Shown: in pieces, positions 62,881 through 64,000 of the stretch | Layout of the letters: every line of letters begins with the position of its first letter | How positions within the stretch are numbered: the stretch's first letter is position 1 | From: Octopus sinensis | Lineage: Eukaryota | Direction of reading: 5' to 3' | DNA: 64,000 nucleotides | NCBI RefSeq assembly: GCF_006345805.1 | Contig: NC_043002.1 | Coordinates: forward strand, 40,362,001-40,426,000 | Program-made: the position numbers and the translations under genes | Notes under the pieces: model-generated | What the model saw: only the letters and a program-made list of their open reading frames with translations | What the model was told of the DNA's origin: nothing | Databases searched by the model: none

Positions 62881-64000
62881 CGTGGTGAGAAGCATCTAGG
62901 TTGCAGCTGCTTTTATATATATATAGGCGATCCTTCTGTATGTGTCTCTAGAGAGATGGTGAGGAGACGCCATTATAGACCTTTTTCAGCCTAGCCTCTT
63001 TGTCACGAGGGACGTTATGTGGGTGAATTAAGTCGTCTACTAATCCCGAAGGACTGTCACATATAAACATGCAGAAAGAGAAATATACATTAAGCGCATG
63101 TGGCTCTTTCTTGCAAGTCTTTTCAGTTTATATATATATTATATAAAATCAAAATATCCCGGTGCAACTATCTTCATATAGGAAATAGACCATGTGCACA
63201 ATATTTTGAATGGGGCAATCAAGATAACTTTATTTCGAGAAACAAGTAAACGTGATTATTTATATATATTATATAAACACTGTATATTGCATGTTAAAAT
63301 GTAGTTATTTTCAAAACCGTTCAAAATTAACGGAATATTTACTGTTGGGTGACTCAAATGCTGAGTGTAGTTAAATATATTATAAATTGTGAGGGCTGAG
63401 ACTTAAAGGTCTAGTGAAGTGGTTGAGTAAGCTGTTAGACGAAAGTTCCAGTCAATTCGAAATAAAATATAGCATAATTTTGTTAATTATTTAAGTTAAC
63501 GAATATGATGTAAATATACATGGTTATCAAATAAATTATATAATTTCACTTTAACTACTTAAACAGAAAGCATCAAACTTGTTATAACGTTGTAATTAAG
63601 AAGATTTATGTTAAAAGAACTCCCACGAAAACTGTAGATGTTTATATTCTAAAGGGAACATTATTTTTTTTTATCCTATAATATCTCCCAACTTTAGGGA
63701 GATTTCTTTTTAGAGCTTAACTTTTGAAAATTATGAAAATATTAAATTGTACTTTTAAGCGAATTGAAATATGAAATGTATTTTCTCGAGATACTGGAGT
63801 AAAATCTTTCTGGAAGGAAATAAGTTATGTAATTGTTATGCTGTGTATAAAGAATACCAAAACGCCGGAGCAGCTTTCAGCAATACAATTCTAAAACCAG
63901 TTGTTTCTATCCAGTTTTATTAAATGGCGTTGGATATTACGTCATGAGTAAGACAACAACACCTTCGAAACTATTTCCGTTGTTGAATTCATTAGATCAG

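Overview
AT-rich, intron-rich animal genomic DNA. The repeat set (RTE LINEs with (ATG)n tails, bipartite tRNA-derived SINEs with a microsatellite linker, TTAA-flanked piggyBac relics) suggests a cephalopod, probably Octopus; this is an inference. Two convergent protein-coding genes could be reconstructed by hand, with canonical GT-AG junctions and consistent phases. (1) The last four coding exons of EEF1AKMT2/METTL10 lie on the + strand (1645-13042); its first exons are upstream of the window. (2) Sixteen coding exons of a FAM120A-like gene lie on the - strand (44862 down to 25221); its N-terminal exons were not found and probably lie beyond position 64000. It is followed by about 7 kb of repeat-free sequence, a putative 3' UTR. 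The rest is transposon-derived: a non-coding LTR element with a tandem array of tRNA-Trp primer-binding-site-like motifs, a young CR1/L2-type RT fragment, many RTE LINE pieces whose RT carries a PHD-type finger, piggyBac, mariner, hAT and Helitron relics, SINEs and microsatellites. No prokaryotic-type system, CRISPR array, rRNA or real tRNA gene was seen. The best leads are the PBS array, a perfect 44-bp palindrome, inverted piggyBac relics bracketing nine FAM120A exons, and candidate alternative FAM120A C-termini.
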